Source: Synechococcus sp. (GTDB lineage: Bacteria; Cyanobacteriota; Cyanobacteriia; PCC-6307; Cyanobiaceae). From it: a stretch of 64,000 nt of DNA. The position numbers were made by a program, and so were the translations under genes. The stretch spans positions 352,001 through 416,000 of the forward strand of contig JBJBDL010000003.1 of assembly GCA_047285305.1 (NCBI GenBank). The letters run 5' to 3'. Positions 51,797 through 61,581 of the stretch are shown piece after piece. The notes beneath the pieces are model-generated. The model had not been told where the DNA came from, searched no databases, and saw only the letters and a list, made by a program, of their open reading frames with translations. Numbering within the stretch: position 1 is the first letter of the stretch; each line of letters starts with the position of its first letter.

Positions 51797-53383
51797 CTAC
51801 TCCCACTCGATCGTGCCGGGGGGCTTGCTGGTGATGTCGAGCACCACCCGGTTCACCCCCTTCACCTCATTCACGATCCGATTGGAGATGGTCTCCATCA
51901 GGTCGTAGGGAAGACGGGACCAATCGGCAGTCATGCCGTCCTCACTGGACACACAACGCAGCACGATCGGCCAGGCATAGGTGCGTTTGTCCCCCATCAC
52001 ACCGACGGAACGCACAGGCAGCAGCACCGCAAAGGCCTGCCAAATTTCGTGATACAGCCCCGCTTCTTTAATTTCCTGGCGAACAATCAGGTCGGCATCA
52101 CGCAGGCAGTCCAGCTTCTCGTCGGTGACTTCACCCAAGATGCGGATGGCCAGACCAGGCCCCGGGAAGGGATGGCGTCGCACGATCTCCTCGGGCAGGC
52201 CGAGACTGCGGCCCACCTTGCGCACTTCATCCTTGAACAGCTTGCGCAGGGGCTCCACCAGCTTGAACTGCAGGTCTTTGGGAAGACCGCCTACGTTGTG
52301 GTGGCTCTTGATCTTCACGGCAACCCGTTCGCCCGTCTTGGGGTCCACGTTGGTGCCGGCGCTTTCGATCACGTCGGGATAAAGCGTGCCCTGGGCCAGG
52401 TAATCGAAGGGTCCGAGCCGCTTGCTCTCCTCTTCGAACACACGGATGAACTCGGTGCCGATGATCTTGCGCTTCTCTTCCGGATCGGTGATGCCCTTCA
52501 GCTTGCCGATGAACCGCTGACGGGCATTGATGTACTCCACATGGATGTTGAACTTCCGATCGAAGAAGTCCATGAGGAACTCGGGCTCACCCTTCCGCAT
52601 GAAGCCCTGGTCGATGAACATGCAGGTGAGCTGATCACCAATCGCCTTTTTGAGCAGGAAGGCGAGGGTGGATGAATCCACCCCACCGGAGAGAGCCAAC
52701 AGAACGCGCTTGTCGCCCACCTGCTCCCGCACCAGGCCAACGGCCTCATCGATGAAGGCCGCAGTGGTCCAATCCGGATCACAACCGCAAACGTGATACA
52801 CGAAATTGCGGATCAGAGCCATGCCGCAGGTGGAATGCACGACCTCGGGGTGGAATTGCACCCCGTAGAGCTTGCGTTGCAGGTGCGCCACAGCCGCTTC
52901 CGGCGTGTTGGCGGTGTGGGCCAGGCGCACAAACCCATCGGGCAGAGCCTTCACTGAGTCGCCATGGCTCATCCACATAGTCGAACCGTTGTCGACATTG
53001 GTGAGCAGGTCCGTGGGGTCGTCCACTTCCAGAGGTGCCTTGCCGTATTCGGCCTTGCCCGTGGCGGCTTCCACAACGCCCCCAAGCTGCTGCACCATCA
53101 GCTGCATCCCATAGCAAACCCCCAGCACAGGAATGCCCAGATCCCAGATTCCGGGATCGCAGAGCGGCGCATGCTCGGCGTACACGGAACTGGGACCACC
53201 GCTGAGGATGATTCCCTTCGGAGCCATGCGTCGCAGCTCCTCGGCCGAAGTGCTGTAACCGAGGACCACCGAGAAGACCTCGGTCTCGCGCACGCGCCGG
53301 GCGATCAGCTCCGAATACTGGGAGCCGAAATCAAGGATGACGATGGCCGGCTGACGCTGACCGTCGGACGAGGGCTGGGACAT
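51797..53383 (-). CDS. guaA: GMP synthase (glutamine-hydrolysing)
   Basis: [40 protein letters not shown]. Confidence 0.99.
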   Translation of the reverse strand: MSQPSSDGQRQPAIVILDFGSQYSELIARRVRETEVFSVVLGYSTSAEELRRMAPKGIILSGGPSSVYAEHAPLCDPGIWDLGIPVLGVCYGMQLMVQQLGGVVEAATGKAEYGKAPLEVDDPTDLLTNVDNGSTMWMSHGDSVKALPDGFVRLAHTANTPEAAVAHLQRKLYGVQFHPEVVHSTCGMALIRNFVYHVCGCDPDWTTAAFIDEAVGLVREQVGDKRVLLALSGGVDSSTLAFLLKKAIGDQLTCMFIDQGFMRKGEPEFLMDFFDRKFNIHVEYINARQRFIGKLKGITDPEEKRKIIGTEFIRVFEEESKRLGPFDYLAQGTLYPDVIESAGTNVDPKTGERVAVKIKSHHNVGGLPKDLQFKLVEPLRKLFKDEVRKVGRSLGLPEEIVRRHPFPGPGLAIRILGEVTDEKLDCLRDADLIVRQEIKEAGLYHEIWQAFAVLLPVRSVGVMGDKRTYAWPIVLRCVSSEDGMTADWSRLPYDLMETISNRIVNEVKGVNRVVLDITSKPPGTIEWE

Positions 53384-53415
53384 CGATCCTGGGAGGTATC
53401 GCTCGCTGACGAGCG

Positions 53416-54522
53416 TCAATCTCTCAATGTAAAGAAGCGCTTCTCCCCCTCCGGTCCCCACCAGCGCAGGGTGCGGCTTCGGTCGAACAAGGCAGCACCA
53501 ATCCGAATCGACCAGGCGCCGTAGCGATCCACGTAAGACTGGCTGCGCCGCTCCACTATCGCGGCCAGATGCTGCCCAAGGGCCGTGGCTTGATCAGCCT
53601 CCAGTGCCTGAAAGGCCTCCTCAACGGATGCAGCACCCCGAAGTTGCTGCAACTGGGCAACCGACAGACCGGCATCCAGACCTAGGGTCACAAGCACCTC
53701 CAGACGGCCATCGGCCAGGTGGTGATGGGTGTGAAAGATGCCTCCGGCCAGCTTGATCAATTTGCCGTGGTAACCGAGCAGCAGCAGATCGCGAATACCG
53801 GCCTCAGCCGCGGCCACCAGCACGGGCCCAACCCAGTTCCCCACCTTCAGCACGGGCCCCAGACCCTGCTGGCGGGCCAGATCCAAGCCGTTCTCACCGA
53901 TCACTAGAACGAGGCGTCCCTGAAACGCCACATCCGCAGCGAGCGTCCTCAGGTCTGCCAACACCTGCTGCAGTTGATCCGGTGCGGCGCTGTGCTGCAC
54001 CTTCGCCTGGGTACCGATCAACGCCAGACCATCAACAACACCGAAGGCAGCATTGCTGGTGCGTTCGGCCAGGACACGTCCCGTCGGAAGAATCGGCTGC
54101 ACCAGCAAGCCCCGACCCGGCGGCACCAGGGGCAACAGATTCCGCTCCAACAGCTCACGGGCAAAACCGGAGAGGCAAACGTCCCCCTCAACGCCAAAAC
54201 GACCCACCCCTTCTCCGGCCTGCAGCTCGAGAACCGGCTGGGATGCAGCGATCCAGGCCACCCGCACCCAAACCTCAAGATCCCGCGTCAGATCAAGGCC
54301 AGGCCCTGGATCACAACGGCTGATGCCCAGGGCCTCTCCTGGTGCCAGAGGAGCCGCCGAGCAGACCGGCACCTGCATCGAGGGTTGATCTGACCCCTGA
54401 CTCAACTGCTGCTCAGGCTCAAACGGCTCACCAAGCAACACCTGCAGGGCCGCCTTGGCCGCCGCCGCCACCCACACCGGCAGGGTCAATCCAGAACTGG
54501 AGGAGGCGATGGAACCAGACAA
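53416..54522 (-). CDS. cbiD: Cobalt-precorrin-5B C1-methyltransferase
   Basis: [50 protein letters not shown]. Confidence 0.92.
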   Translation of the reverse strand: MSGSIASSSSGLTLPVWVAAAAKAALQVLLGEPFEPEQQLSQGSDQPSMQVPVCSAAPLAPGEALGISRCDPGPGLDLTRDLEVWVRVAWIAASQPVLELQAGEGVGRFGVEGDVCLSGFARELLERNLLPLVPPGRGLLVQPILPTGRVLAERTSNAAFGVVDGLALIGTQAKVQHSAAPDQLQQVLADLRTLAADVAFQGRLVLVIGENGLDLARQQGLGPVLKVGNWVGPVLVAAAEAGIRDLLLLGYHGKLIKLAGGIFHTHHHLADGRLEVLVTLGLDAGLSVAQLQQLRGAASVEEAFQALEADQATALGQHLAAIVERRSQSYVDRYGAWSIRIGAALFDRSRTLRWWGPEGEKRFFTLRD

Positions 54523-54560
54523 GCTGTTTTCTAGAGTCGCCGATTGGCATCCCCCGCGCC

Positions 54561-55709
54561 ATGCAGGACAAGCTCACCCTGATGATTCCGGGCCCCACCC
54601 CGGTGCCGGAAACGGTGCTGAAGGCCATGGGTCGTCACCCCATCGGCCACCGCAGCGGGGAGTTCCAGGCCATCGTGCGGCGCACCACCGAACAGCTCAA
54701 GTGGCTGCACCAGACGACAAGCGACGTGCTGGTGATCACCGGCAGCGGAACCGCTGCCATGGAAGCGGGAATCATCAACACCCTCAGCCGCGGCGACAAG
54801 GTGCTCTGCGGTGACAACGGCAAGTTCGGCGAACGCTGGGTCAAGGTGGCCCGCGCCTACGGACTCGATGTTGAGGTGATCAAAGCGGAGTGGGGCCAAC
54901 CCCTCGATCCCGAAGCCTTCCGGTCAGCGTTGGAAGCCGACAGCGCTAAAGCGATCAAGGCCGTGATCCTCACCCACTCGGAAACCTCAACAGGGGTGAT
55001 CAATGACCTGGAGAGCATTGCCCGTCACGTGAAGGCCCACGGCACAGCATTAACCCTGGCGGACTGCGTCACCAGCCTTGGTGCCACCAACGTCCCGATG
55101 GATGGGTGGGGACTGGATGTGGTTGCATCAGGCGCACAGAAGGGCTACATGCTTCCACCGGGTCTGAGTTTTGTGGCCATGAGTGCACGGGCCTGGGAGG
55201 CCTATGAACGCTCCGACCTACCAAAGTTCTATCTCGATCTGGGCCCTTACCGGAAAACAGCGGCGAAGGACAGCAACCCCTTCACCCCGGCCGTGAACCT
55301 CTACTTCGGGCTGGAGGCTGCTCTGGACATGATGCAGAAGGAAGGCCTGGACGCGATCTTTGCCCGCCACGCCCGCCATCGCGCTGCCGCCCAGGCGGGC
55401 ATGAAGGCAATGGGCTTGCCCCTGTTCGCCGCCGAGGGTTGCGGCAGCCCGGCCATCACCGCAGTGGCCCCCGAAGGCATCGATGCCGAACAGTTGCGCA
55501 AAGCCGTAAAGGAGAAATTCGACATTCTTCTGGCCGGAGGACAAGACCACCTGAAAGGTCAGGTGTTCCGCATAGGCCATCTCGGCTACGTCTGCGACCG
55601 GGATGTGCTGACCGCCGTCGCTGCGATTGAATCCACCCTTCAGTCCCTTGGTCTGCACAAAGGCAGCATGGGAGCGGGGGTCGCTGCAGCCTCCGCTGCA
55701 CTCGGCTAA
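54561..55709 (+). CDS. Class V PLP aminotransferase (serine-pyruvate/alanine-glyoxylate type)
   Basis: LMIPGPTPVP, HSETSTG, SGAQKG (PLP lysine), FRIGHLG. Confidence 0.92.
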   Translation: MQDKLTLMIPGPTPVPETVLKAMGRHPIGHRSGEFQAIVRRTTEQLKWLHQTTSDVLVITGSGTAAMEAGIINTLSRGDKVLCGDNGKFGERWVKVARAYGLDVEVIKAEWGQPLDPEAFRSALEADSAKAIKAVILTHSETSTGVINDLESIARHVKAHGTALTLADCVTSLGATNVPMDGWGLDVVASGAQKGYMLPPGLSFVAMSARAWEAYERSDLPKFYLDLGPYRKTAAKDSNPFTPAVNLYFGLEAALDMMQKEGLDAIFARHARHRAAAQAGMKAMGLPLFAAEGCGSPAITAVAPEGIDAEQLRKAVKEKFDILLAGGQDHLKGQVFRIGHLGYVCDRDVLTAVAAIESTLQSLGLHKGSMGAGVAAASAALG

Positions 55710-55718
55710 AACACAGGT

Positions 55719-55740
55719 GGCGAGAGCGATCTCGCCCTTT
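55719..55740 (+). terminator. Hairpin between the aminotransferase and the tRNA
   Basis: GGCGAGA-GCGA-TCTCGCC followed by CTTT. Confidence 0.4.
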
Positions 55741-55812
55741 GCGGGTGTAATTCAGTGGTAGAATGTCAGCTTCCCAAGCTGAACGTCGCCGGTTCGAGTC
55801 CGGTCACCCGCT
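55741..55812 (+). tRNA. trnG: tRNA-Gly (CCC)
   Basis: GCGGGTGTAATTCAGTGGTAGAATGTCAGCTTCCCAAGCTGAACGTCGCCGGTTCGAGTCCGGTCACCCGCT. Confidence 0.97.
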
Positions 55813-55832
55813 TGAACAATTTCAAAAGCTCA

Positions 55833-56054
55833 TCAAGAACGAGGCTTGATGAGCTGGAGAACCTGAGGCCCTGCAGATCCAGCGCGGCGCTCGTGTCCCA
55901 GTGCCTGCAAGATCAACGAGCCCGCCTCATTGATACGGCCATCTTCTGCACATTGGCGGGCCTTGATGAACAGAGCCTGAGCTGCTGATTCATGGTCCTG
56001 ACGTTGTTGAGCAGCCGTCTCTGATTGATTTGTTTTCGTAAGCGTCAGGGTCAA
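55833..56054 (-). CDS. Conserved hypothetical small protein
   Basis: 73-aa helical ORF ending GPQVLQLIKPRS. Confidence 0.65.
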   Translation of the reverse strand: MTLTLTKTNQSETAAQQRQDHESAAQALFIKARQCAEDGRINEAGSLILQALGHERRAGSAGPQVLQLIKPRS

Positions 56055-56162
56055 CGTTCTAATTCCCTTATCAACAAAAGAGTAGCCCTAATTGATACTT
56101 AGGCCACCCGACGCCTGAACCATCCGATTGTCGAACAATACCGTCGATTGCTTTGATTCAGA

Positions 56163-56327
56163 TCAGGTACCAGGTTCCTCCACATTGCCACCCAGATCGG
56201 CAATCCGGTCCCGCAACTGCGAGCAACGGGGCTGATCACCTTTGGCTTCAGCGAGGGCGAGGGCGAATTCCAGCTTCTCGAGCTGATGACCACCTTCTAG
56301 GAAACCTGACCGGGTCCAGATGGTCAT
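56163..56327 (-). CDS. Conserved hypothetical small protein
   Basis: MTIWTRSGFLEGGHQLEKLEFALALAEAKGD...LGGNVEEPGT (54 aa). Confidence 0.65.
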   Translation of the reverse strand: MTIWTRSGFLEGGHQLEKLEFALALAEAKGDQPRCSQLRDRIADLGGNVEEPGT

Positions 56328-56419
56328 GCCATGCAAAGTGCGAGAGGCACAAGCATTGGAGGCAGGGATGGTGGTCGCCATAGTTGCCTTTCTTTTTATT
56401 TTGGCACCGCGCGCCACCC

Positions 56420-56743
56420 CTACGCGACATCGCGGCTCGTTTCTGTTTCGGCCTCCTGACCCCAGGCATGGTTCTGGGAGGACTCTTCAGCCATTTCAGG
56501 CTCTGGCATCGGAGCTGTGCTCTCCAACAGCTCCCGCGTTTCCCGCAGCAGAGCTTCAACGCCCTCGAGCGTGGAGATCTCTTCGTCTGGGACAGCATTC
56601 AGATTCTGCTTCTGCTGTCGCAGTTGCAGCTCAAGCGCTTCCTGGCGCTGTTCCAGTTTCACCAAACGCTGCGACAGAGCCGTGATGGTTTGCGCGAGAT
56701 CTTCCGCAGTGCGGGTGATTCGAAAGGACACGGAGGACATCAT
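56420..56743 (-). CDS. Hypothetical coiled-coil protein
   Basis: SFRITRTAEDLAQTITALSQRLVKLEQR heptad pattern. Confidence 0.7.
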   Translation of the reverse strand: MMSSVSFRITRTAEDLAQTITALSQRLVKLEQRQEALELQLRQQKQNLNAVPDEEISTLEGVEALLRETRELLESTAPMPEPEMAEESSQNHAWGQEAETETSRDVA

Positions 56744-56808
56744 CACCGAAAGCTGATGGTTGCGCTGATGACAACACAGGAGCGCCGCTGTCTCAAGATC
56801 AAGCTGAC

Positions 56809-57339
56809 ATGACGCGATCGAGACCGATGCCTTCCTTGGCAACGCTGGCGCTGTACCTGCTGGCTGGAACCACCATCGGACTGCTGGCTCTGTTCAGCGG
56901 CATTCCCGCCGCACCTCTGGCGGGGGCCTTGCTGGGTGCTGGCATCGTCAGCATGAGCGGCCAACTGGAACCAGCCACATGGCCACCGGGAACGCGCACG
57001 GTTCTGGAGATCGGCATCGGCACCGTGATCGGAACTGGCCTGACGCGAGCGTCCTTGGAGCAACTGCAACTTCTCTGGAAACCAGCGGTTCTGATCACCC
57101 TGGCGCTGGTGCTGACAGGACTGGTCGTCGGCCTCTGGACCAGCCGCTTGCTCGGCATTGATCCTGTCGTGGCATTGCTTGGCGCTGCCCCGGGTGGCAT
57201 CAGTGGCATGAGCCTGGTCGGTGCCGAATTCGGCGTCGGTGCCGCGGTAGCCGCCCTCCATGCCGTACGGCTGATCACCGTGCTTCTGGTGCTGCCGTTG
57301 GTGGTGCGGCTGATCGTCCCCTCGACAGCTGGAAGCTGA
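56809..57339 (+). CDS. AbrB-family (ammonia-monooxygenase-like) membrane protein
   Basis: Five hydrophobic segments; GAAPGGISGMS and LHAVRL motifs. Confidence 0.8.
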   Translation: MTRSRPMPSLATLALYLLAGTTIGLLALFSGIPAAPLAGALLGAGIVSMSGQLEPATWPPGTRTVLEIGIGTVIGTGLTRASLEQLQLLWKPAVLITLALVLTGLVVGLWTSRLLGIDPVVALLGAAPGGISGMSLVGAEFGVGAAVAALHAVRLITVLLVLPLVVRLIVPSTAGS

Positions 57340-57372
57340 TCGATACCTTGGGGCCAATCCACAACTGACGTC

Positions 57373-57783
57373 ATGGGTCCCATCAGGTCATCGCTGGTTC
57401 TCTCCGCCGCGACCCTGATCGGCGCTCTGAGCAGCATGACCTCCCCCCTTCAAGCGGCCGTAGCCACCGAAGAAAAGGGGGCCAAGATCTATTGCTTCAT
57501 GCGGTCCAGCGGCAACGACCACAAGGTGAGCTGGAACGCCGCCTACGCCGTGATCAAACGGCAGCGCAGCGGCGTATTCAAAACATCCCCGGAGCATGCC
57601 TCGGTGATGATTACGGAAGCCGTTGTCCAGGACCCCGGCAATTTCCCCGACTGTGGCCGATTCCTTGGTGATCTGTTCGGCGGGAACACTCAACCAGCCA
57701 CCGCTGCCGCCCTTGCAAAATCCTCATCCGTCACCGAAAGCAGCATCGAGAGCAGCGACGACACCATGCGCTACAGCTACTGA
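57373..57783 (+). CDS. Conserved exported hypothetical protein
   Basis: Signal peptide; KIYCFMR..GNDHKVSW.AAY. Confidence 0.75.
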   Translation: MGPIRSSLVLSAATLIGALSSMTSPLQAAVATEEKGAKIYCFMRSSGNDHKVSWNAAYAVIKRQRSGVFKTSPEHASVMITEAVVQDPGNFPDCGRFLGDLFGGNTQPATAAALAKSSSVTESSIESSDDTMRYSY

Positions 57784-57805
57784 GCCCTCTGGGCTTCCGT
57801 GGCTG

Positions 57806-58165
57806 ATGCTTCTGGCTGCCGTGTTGATGGCTGGCTGCCAGAGCAAGCAACCCGCGACGCCTGCCAACACATCGACACCGCTCGTCTCCAGTTGCCTCAG
57901 CGGCTTCCGCATGGATGACCTTGAACTCATGGTTAAACGCTGTGATGAGGCCATCGAGCAGACACCGGATCAAGCCGATCTGCATCGCGACCGCGCCCTG
58001 GTCTTGACCCTGCTTGGCCATCAAGCCAAAGCCTGCGACGACGTCGCAATGGCAGTGTCGCTGCTGAAGCGGTCGAGCCAGCCGGTCGACCCGATGCTGC
58101 AGCACGAACTCCAGGTGCGTCAGAGCAGCTGCAAACAATCCCGCACCATGGCGGGGAGTGATTGA
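57806..58165 (+). CDS. Putative lipoprotein with TPR-like repeat
   Basis: LMAGC lipobox; RDRALVLTLLG...ACDD. Confidence 0.65.
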   Translation: MLLAAVLMAGCQSKQPATPANTSTPLVSSCLSGFRMDDLELMVKRCDEAIEQTPDQADLHRDRALVLTLLGHQAKACDDVAMAVSLLKRSSQPVDPMLQHELQVRQSSCKQSRTMAGSD

Positions 58166-59748
58166 CGTTGCAGCGATAAGCGCCGGGGCCCCAGCAACAC
58201 CTCGATCCGTTCCGCCTTGCTCGCCAACAAACCATCCACCAGCTGGTCGGCTGCGCCGAGCTGCAGCCAATGGCAGGTCAGGCCATCTCCCATTCCCAGA
58301 CGATGACAGCGGTCTTCGGCTTGGTCGAGCTCGCCCGGCGTCCAGGGGCGTTCCAGCAACACCACATGACGGGCCCGGTGCAAGGTGAAGCCAAGGGCAC
58401 CGGTGCCGAAGGTGGCCAGCAGACAATCGTTCTGACCCTGCTGAAACCGATCCACACTCTTCTGGCGTTGAGCAGGGCGCTGGCGACCTGTCAACAACTC
58501 GCCGCCAAGGGTTTGCTGCAACAGCTGCAATGGGGCCACAAAGCCACTGAACAGCACCACAGCCTCGCCTTGCCTGCGCAGTGACTCCACCAGCTGCTGA
58601 ACCGCCGGCAATTTGAATTCCGCAGCGATCTGGCGTATGGAGGTGAGCAAAGCCAGGTGCTCTGCATCCCGTCGCACCTCTCCGAGCTGAGCCCGACGCC
58701 GGTAGTCATCCAGCACCAGCTCGACACGATGGTCGAAACCTGTGAGCTCAGCCTCCGACAGCACCACTGGGTGAAGACGTCGCTGCTTGGGAGGAAGGTC
58801 CACCACCTGCTGCTTGCGGCGATGCAGGATCAACGGTCGAGTTAAGCGCCGCAGCTCCTCCAGCTGACTGGCGCCGGACGCCTGCCAGCATTTGCCGGTT
58901 CGACCCTCCCGCCAGTGCCCCTGGCAATACCGCTCTTCGAACTGGCGTTGATCCCGAGCAATCGGGTGATCCATGGCCGCGAGCAGGGGATACAGCTGGG
59001 ACGGGCGACCGTTCTTCATCGGGGTTCCCGTGAGCATCCAGATTGCCCTCAGACGTGGATGGCGGGCCAGACGCAGCAAGGCAGCCGTGCGCTGCGCCTG
59101 AAGGGACTGAGCGTAGTGCGCTTCATCCACCACCAGGAGCGTTCCCGCTGGTGGCAGGGTGTCGGGAAGCCGAGCCCAACTCACCAACTCAGGCTCAACC
59201 CCAAGGACCTCTGATTCCCGGCGCCAGTGGGGATGCAGGCCGACGGGAGCCACCACCAGCAACCGCAGTTCAGCGCAACGCATCAGGGCACGGGCCGCAA
59301 GCAGAGCTGTAAGGGTCTTCCCCAGCCCCATCTCATCGGCCAGAACGGCGCCGCGACGGGCCAGGAGCCAGCGAACCCCGGAGCGTTGATGGCGCAGAGG
59401 CCGACGACCATCCTGCAGGAATTCGTCGAGATCCGCCGCAGCCACAAGGGTCCGGTGAGGTGGCAGCGGCGGCAGCGGCTGCTGACACCAGTCGAGCCAC
59501 TGCTGCAATGCGGAAGTGACAGGGAAACGGCGCCCCAGGGCCTGCTGAAGCGGATCGGCTGCGGCCAAGGGAAAGTCCCACCCCTGGCCAGCACCGTTCC
59601 AACGCCCCCGGGGCTTGATCCGACGCAACTGGGACTGGGTCACCGCATCAAACGGGCTCACCACGCGAATCAGACCCGCAGGGGACAGATCCAGGCAACA
59701 AGTCAATGTGGGTTTTGACGGCACCAACAGGCCCCCACAAACAATCAC
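58120..59748 (-). CDS. SNF2-family DEAD/DEAH helicase
   Basis: LADEMGLGKT, VVDEAH, LTGTP, QAEDRCHRLG. Confidence 0.9.
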   Translation of the reverse strand: MIVCGGLLVPSKPTLTCCLDLSPAGLIRVVSPFDAVTQSQLRRIKPRGRWNGAGQGWDFPLAAADPLQQALGRRFPVTSALQQWLDWCQQPLPPLPPHRTLVAAADLDEFLQDGRRPLRHQRSGVRWLLARRGAVLADEMGLGKTLTALLAARALMRCAELRLLVVAPVGLHPHWRRESEVLGVEPELVSWARLPDTLPPAGTLLVVDEAHYAQSLQAQRTAALLRLARHPRLRAIWMLTGTPMKNGRPSQLYPLLAAMDHPIARDQRQFEERYCQGHWREGRTGKCWQASGASQLEELRRLTRPLILHRRKQQVVDLPPKQRRLHPVVLSEAELTGFDHRVELVLDDYRRRAQLGEVRRDAEHLALLTSIRQIAAEFKLPAVQQLVESLRRQGEAVVLFSGFVAPLQLLQQTLGGELLTGRQRPAQRQKSVDRFQQGQNDCLLATFGTGALGFTLHRARHVVLLERPWTPGELDQAEDRCHRLGMGDGLTCHWLQLGAADQLVDGLLASKAERIEVLLGPRRLSLQRQSLPAMVRDCLQLL

Positions 59749-59885
59749 TTTAGTGAACCCAGATCAGCGCGCAAGCCTTGAGATCAAGATTCACATCACG
59801 GGCTGAAAAATTATCGAAAATGCAGCGCTCGACACATTGACGGGCTTTTCGTTCAAGGCAGAATTCCCCCAACTGATGCATTCGG

Positions 59886-60281
59886 ATGCATAGCAGGGAC
59901 GCAGTTTTTCTTGACGAACTCTGTCCCAAATTACGCGTTCGAAGATGGCGACAGTCTCTTCATACTTTTACTGGCCAAAGTTGCATTTACTGCGGTAAAC
60001 CTTCTGAATCAATCGATCACATTCATCCCCAAGCCAAAGGGGGTTCAAGCATTACTGAAAACTGTGTGCCGGCCTGCTTGTCTTGCAACGGTCGTAAATC
60101 TGACTCCGACGTGTTCGACTGGTACCGGCGACAGCGCTTCTATGACCCACGCCGCGCCATGGCGATCCGGGCCTGGATGGATGGCGACCTACGACTCGCC
60201 GTTCGCCTGCTGCAGTGGGCCCAACCTGATCACCCTATCAACGAGCCGGACGACATCTCGATCGCGGCTCAGGCTGCCTGA
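59886..60281 (+). CDS. HNH endonuclease (conserved picocyanobacterial)
   Basis: CIYCG...SIDHIHP..KGG....NCVPACLSCN..K. Confidence 0.88.
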   Translation: MHSRDAVFLDELCPKLRVRRWRQSLHTFTGQSCIYCGKPSESIDHIHPQAKGGSSITENCVPACLSCNGRKSDSDVFDWYRRQRFYDPRRAMAIRAWMDGDLRLAVRLLQWAQPDHPINEPDDISIAAQAA

Positions 60282-60284
60282 GGC

Positions 60285-60449
60285 TCACCAAACCCGGCAG
60301 ACATCCGAAGAGTGGTGACGCTGGCAGATGGAAGCCTGAACACCGGGGTCTTCAGGAGCCAGCACCACAGCACCGGCGAGCAGGGCAGCCGTCAGGATGG
60401 ACCTGAGCACAATGGGTCCGGAGCGGGAGTCATGGAGAGACGACGACAT
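60285..60449 (-). CDS. Small secreted/membrane protein (54 aa)
   Basis: Manual translation MSSSLHDSRSGPIVLRSILTAALLAGAVVLAPEDPGVQASICQRHHSSDVCRVW; not in ORF track. Confidence 0.7.
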   Translation of the reverse strand: MSSSLHDSRSGPIVLRSILTAALLAGAVVLAPEDPGVQASICQRHHSSDVCRVW

Positions 60450-60454
60450 CACGA

Positions 60455-60484
60455 CAGTACATTTGATCTAATACATGTGTACTG
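60455..60484. promoter_or_regulatory. Two overlapping LexA-box-like sites in a divergent spacer
   Basis: CAGTACA-TT-TGATCTA (60455-60470) and TAATACA-TG-TGTACTG (60469-60484). Confidence 0.65.
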
Positions 60485-61438
60485 ATGCTTGCTGATCTTG
60501 TCAAGCGGTCCCAGCCTCTAGCGGCTGACGCCAAGCTGCTGGTGCTGGGCGGTGGGTACAGCGGACGTTGTCTGGCCAGCCTGGCCCGAGCCCTGGGAAC
60601 ACAGGTGCTCTGCACCCGCCGTTCCCTCGACTCTGCCGAGGCTGATCTGCTCTTCGACAGCAACGGTCAAGACCAGCTCGACCCTGCTGCCCTAGCGGGC
60701 GTGACCCATCTGCTATCCACCATCCCCCCGGATCGCGAAGGCAACGATCCGGTCTTGTTGAAGCTGCTGCCAAGGCTCAGAAGCCTGCCGCTGCGCTGGG
60801 CGGGCTATCTCTCCACCACAGGGGTTTACGGCGATCGTCAGGGCGGTTGGGTGTCGGAACAGGACGCTCCGGCGCCAGCGCTGGACCGCAGCATGCGCCG
60901 CCTCAACTGCGAACAAGCTTGGTTGCGCTCAGGTCTGCCGATCCAGATTCTGCGTCTACCAGGCATTTATGGCCCGGGCCGGTCAGTGCTCAACGGCTTG
61001 CAGCAAGGGCGTGCCCGCTTGATCGACAAGCCCGGCCAAGTGTTCTGCCGCATCCATGTGGAAGACATCGCAGGGGCCTGCTGGCACCTAATGCATCTTG
61101 CCGAGCAGGAAGCTCCAGCAAGCTCGAGCAACGGAAGCATCGTGAATGTGGTGGATGACCTCCCGGCTCCTACCGCCAAACTGATGCGGCATGCGGCAGA
61201 CCTGTTGGATTGTGCCCTGCCGCCACTGGAGCCGTTCGACCAGATCGTGGACAGCATGAGCCCAATGGCTCAGTCGTTCTGGAGCGAGAACCGCCGCGTC
61301 AGCAACCACAAGCTCTGCCATGAGCTCGGTTACGCCTTGCTGCATCCGAACTACCGCGTCGGGCTGCAGGATTGCCTGAACCAGGACAAACTCAACCCCT
61401 CTGATATGCGTTCTCCCCCTCAATCAGCCAACGGTTGA
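60485..61438 (+). CDS. NAD-dependent epimerase/dehydratase (atypical SDR)
   Basis: LGGGYSG, YLSTTGVYGD, LRLPGIYGPGR, RIHVEDIA. Confidence 0.88.
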   Translation: MLADLVKRSQPLAADAKLLVLGGGYSGRCLASLARALGTQVLCTRRSLDSAEADLLFDSNGQDQLDPAALAGVTHLLSTIPPDREGNDPVLLKLLPRLRSLPLRWAGYLSTTGVYGDRQGGWVSEQDAPAPALDRSMRRLNCEQAWLRSGLPIQILRLPGIYGPGRSVLNGLQQGRARLIDKPGQVFCRIHVEDIAGACWHLMHLAEQEAPASSSNGSIVNVVDDLPAPTAKLMRHAADLLDCALPPLEPFDQIVDSMSPMAQSFWSENRRVSNHKLCHELGYALLHPNYRVGLQDCLNQDKLNPSDMRSPPQSANG

Positions 61439-61577
61439 AATCGAAACCCTCGCCTTCTTCAGGAAGGGATAGCCCCACATCCTCAAGGAAACGTGAGAGA
61501 TGCAATTCGATCCAGCCATTGCTCAGGCCAGAGGCCAATCCCACCAACAGACACCCCAGCAGCAGCAAACGCAGCAC
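61392..61577 (-). CDS. Small hypothetical membrane protein
   Basis: (GTG)LRLLLLGCLLVGLASGLSNGWIELH...; fills the gap before pdxA. Confidence 0.55.
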   Translation of the reverse strand: MLRLLLLGCLLVGLASGLSNGWIELHLSRFLEDVGLSLPEEGEGFDFNRWLIEGENAYQRG

Positions 61578-61581
61578 AGCG

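Larger units (their letters stand above)
49221..51808. mobile_element. Non-autonomous ~2.6-kb integrative element at the guaA 3' end (no integrase)
   Basis: Flanked by att direct repeats. Circularisation rebuilds AACTACT-CCCACTC-AGTAGTT. GGTGAAA repeat arrays lie at both inner ends. Confidence 0.8.

Noticed and set aside
56050..56130. Possible glutamine (glnA) riboswitch or NtcA box upstream of the 73-aa ORF
   Set aside because: Only partial resemblance to the riboswitch; the GTA...TAC spacing is 11, not 8.
58120..60281. SNF2 helicase + HNH as a defence system
   Set aside because: The genes are divergent, have host-like composition and sit in core context; they look like the conserved picocyanobacterial genes.
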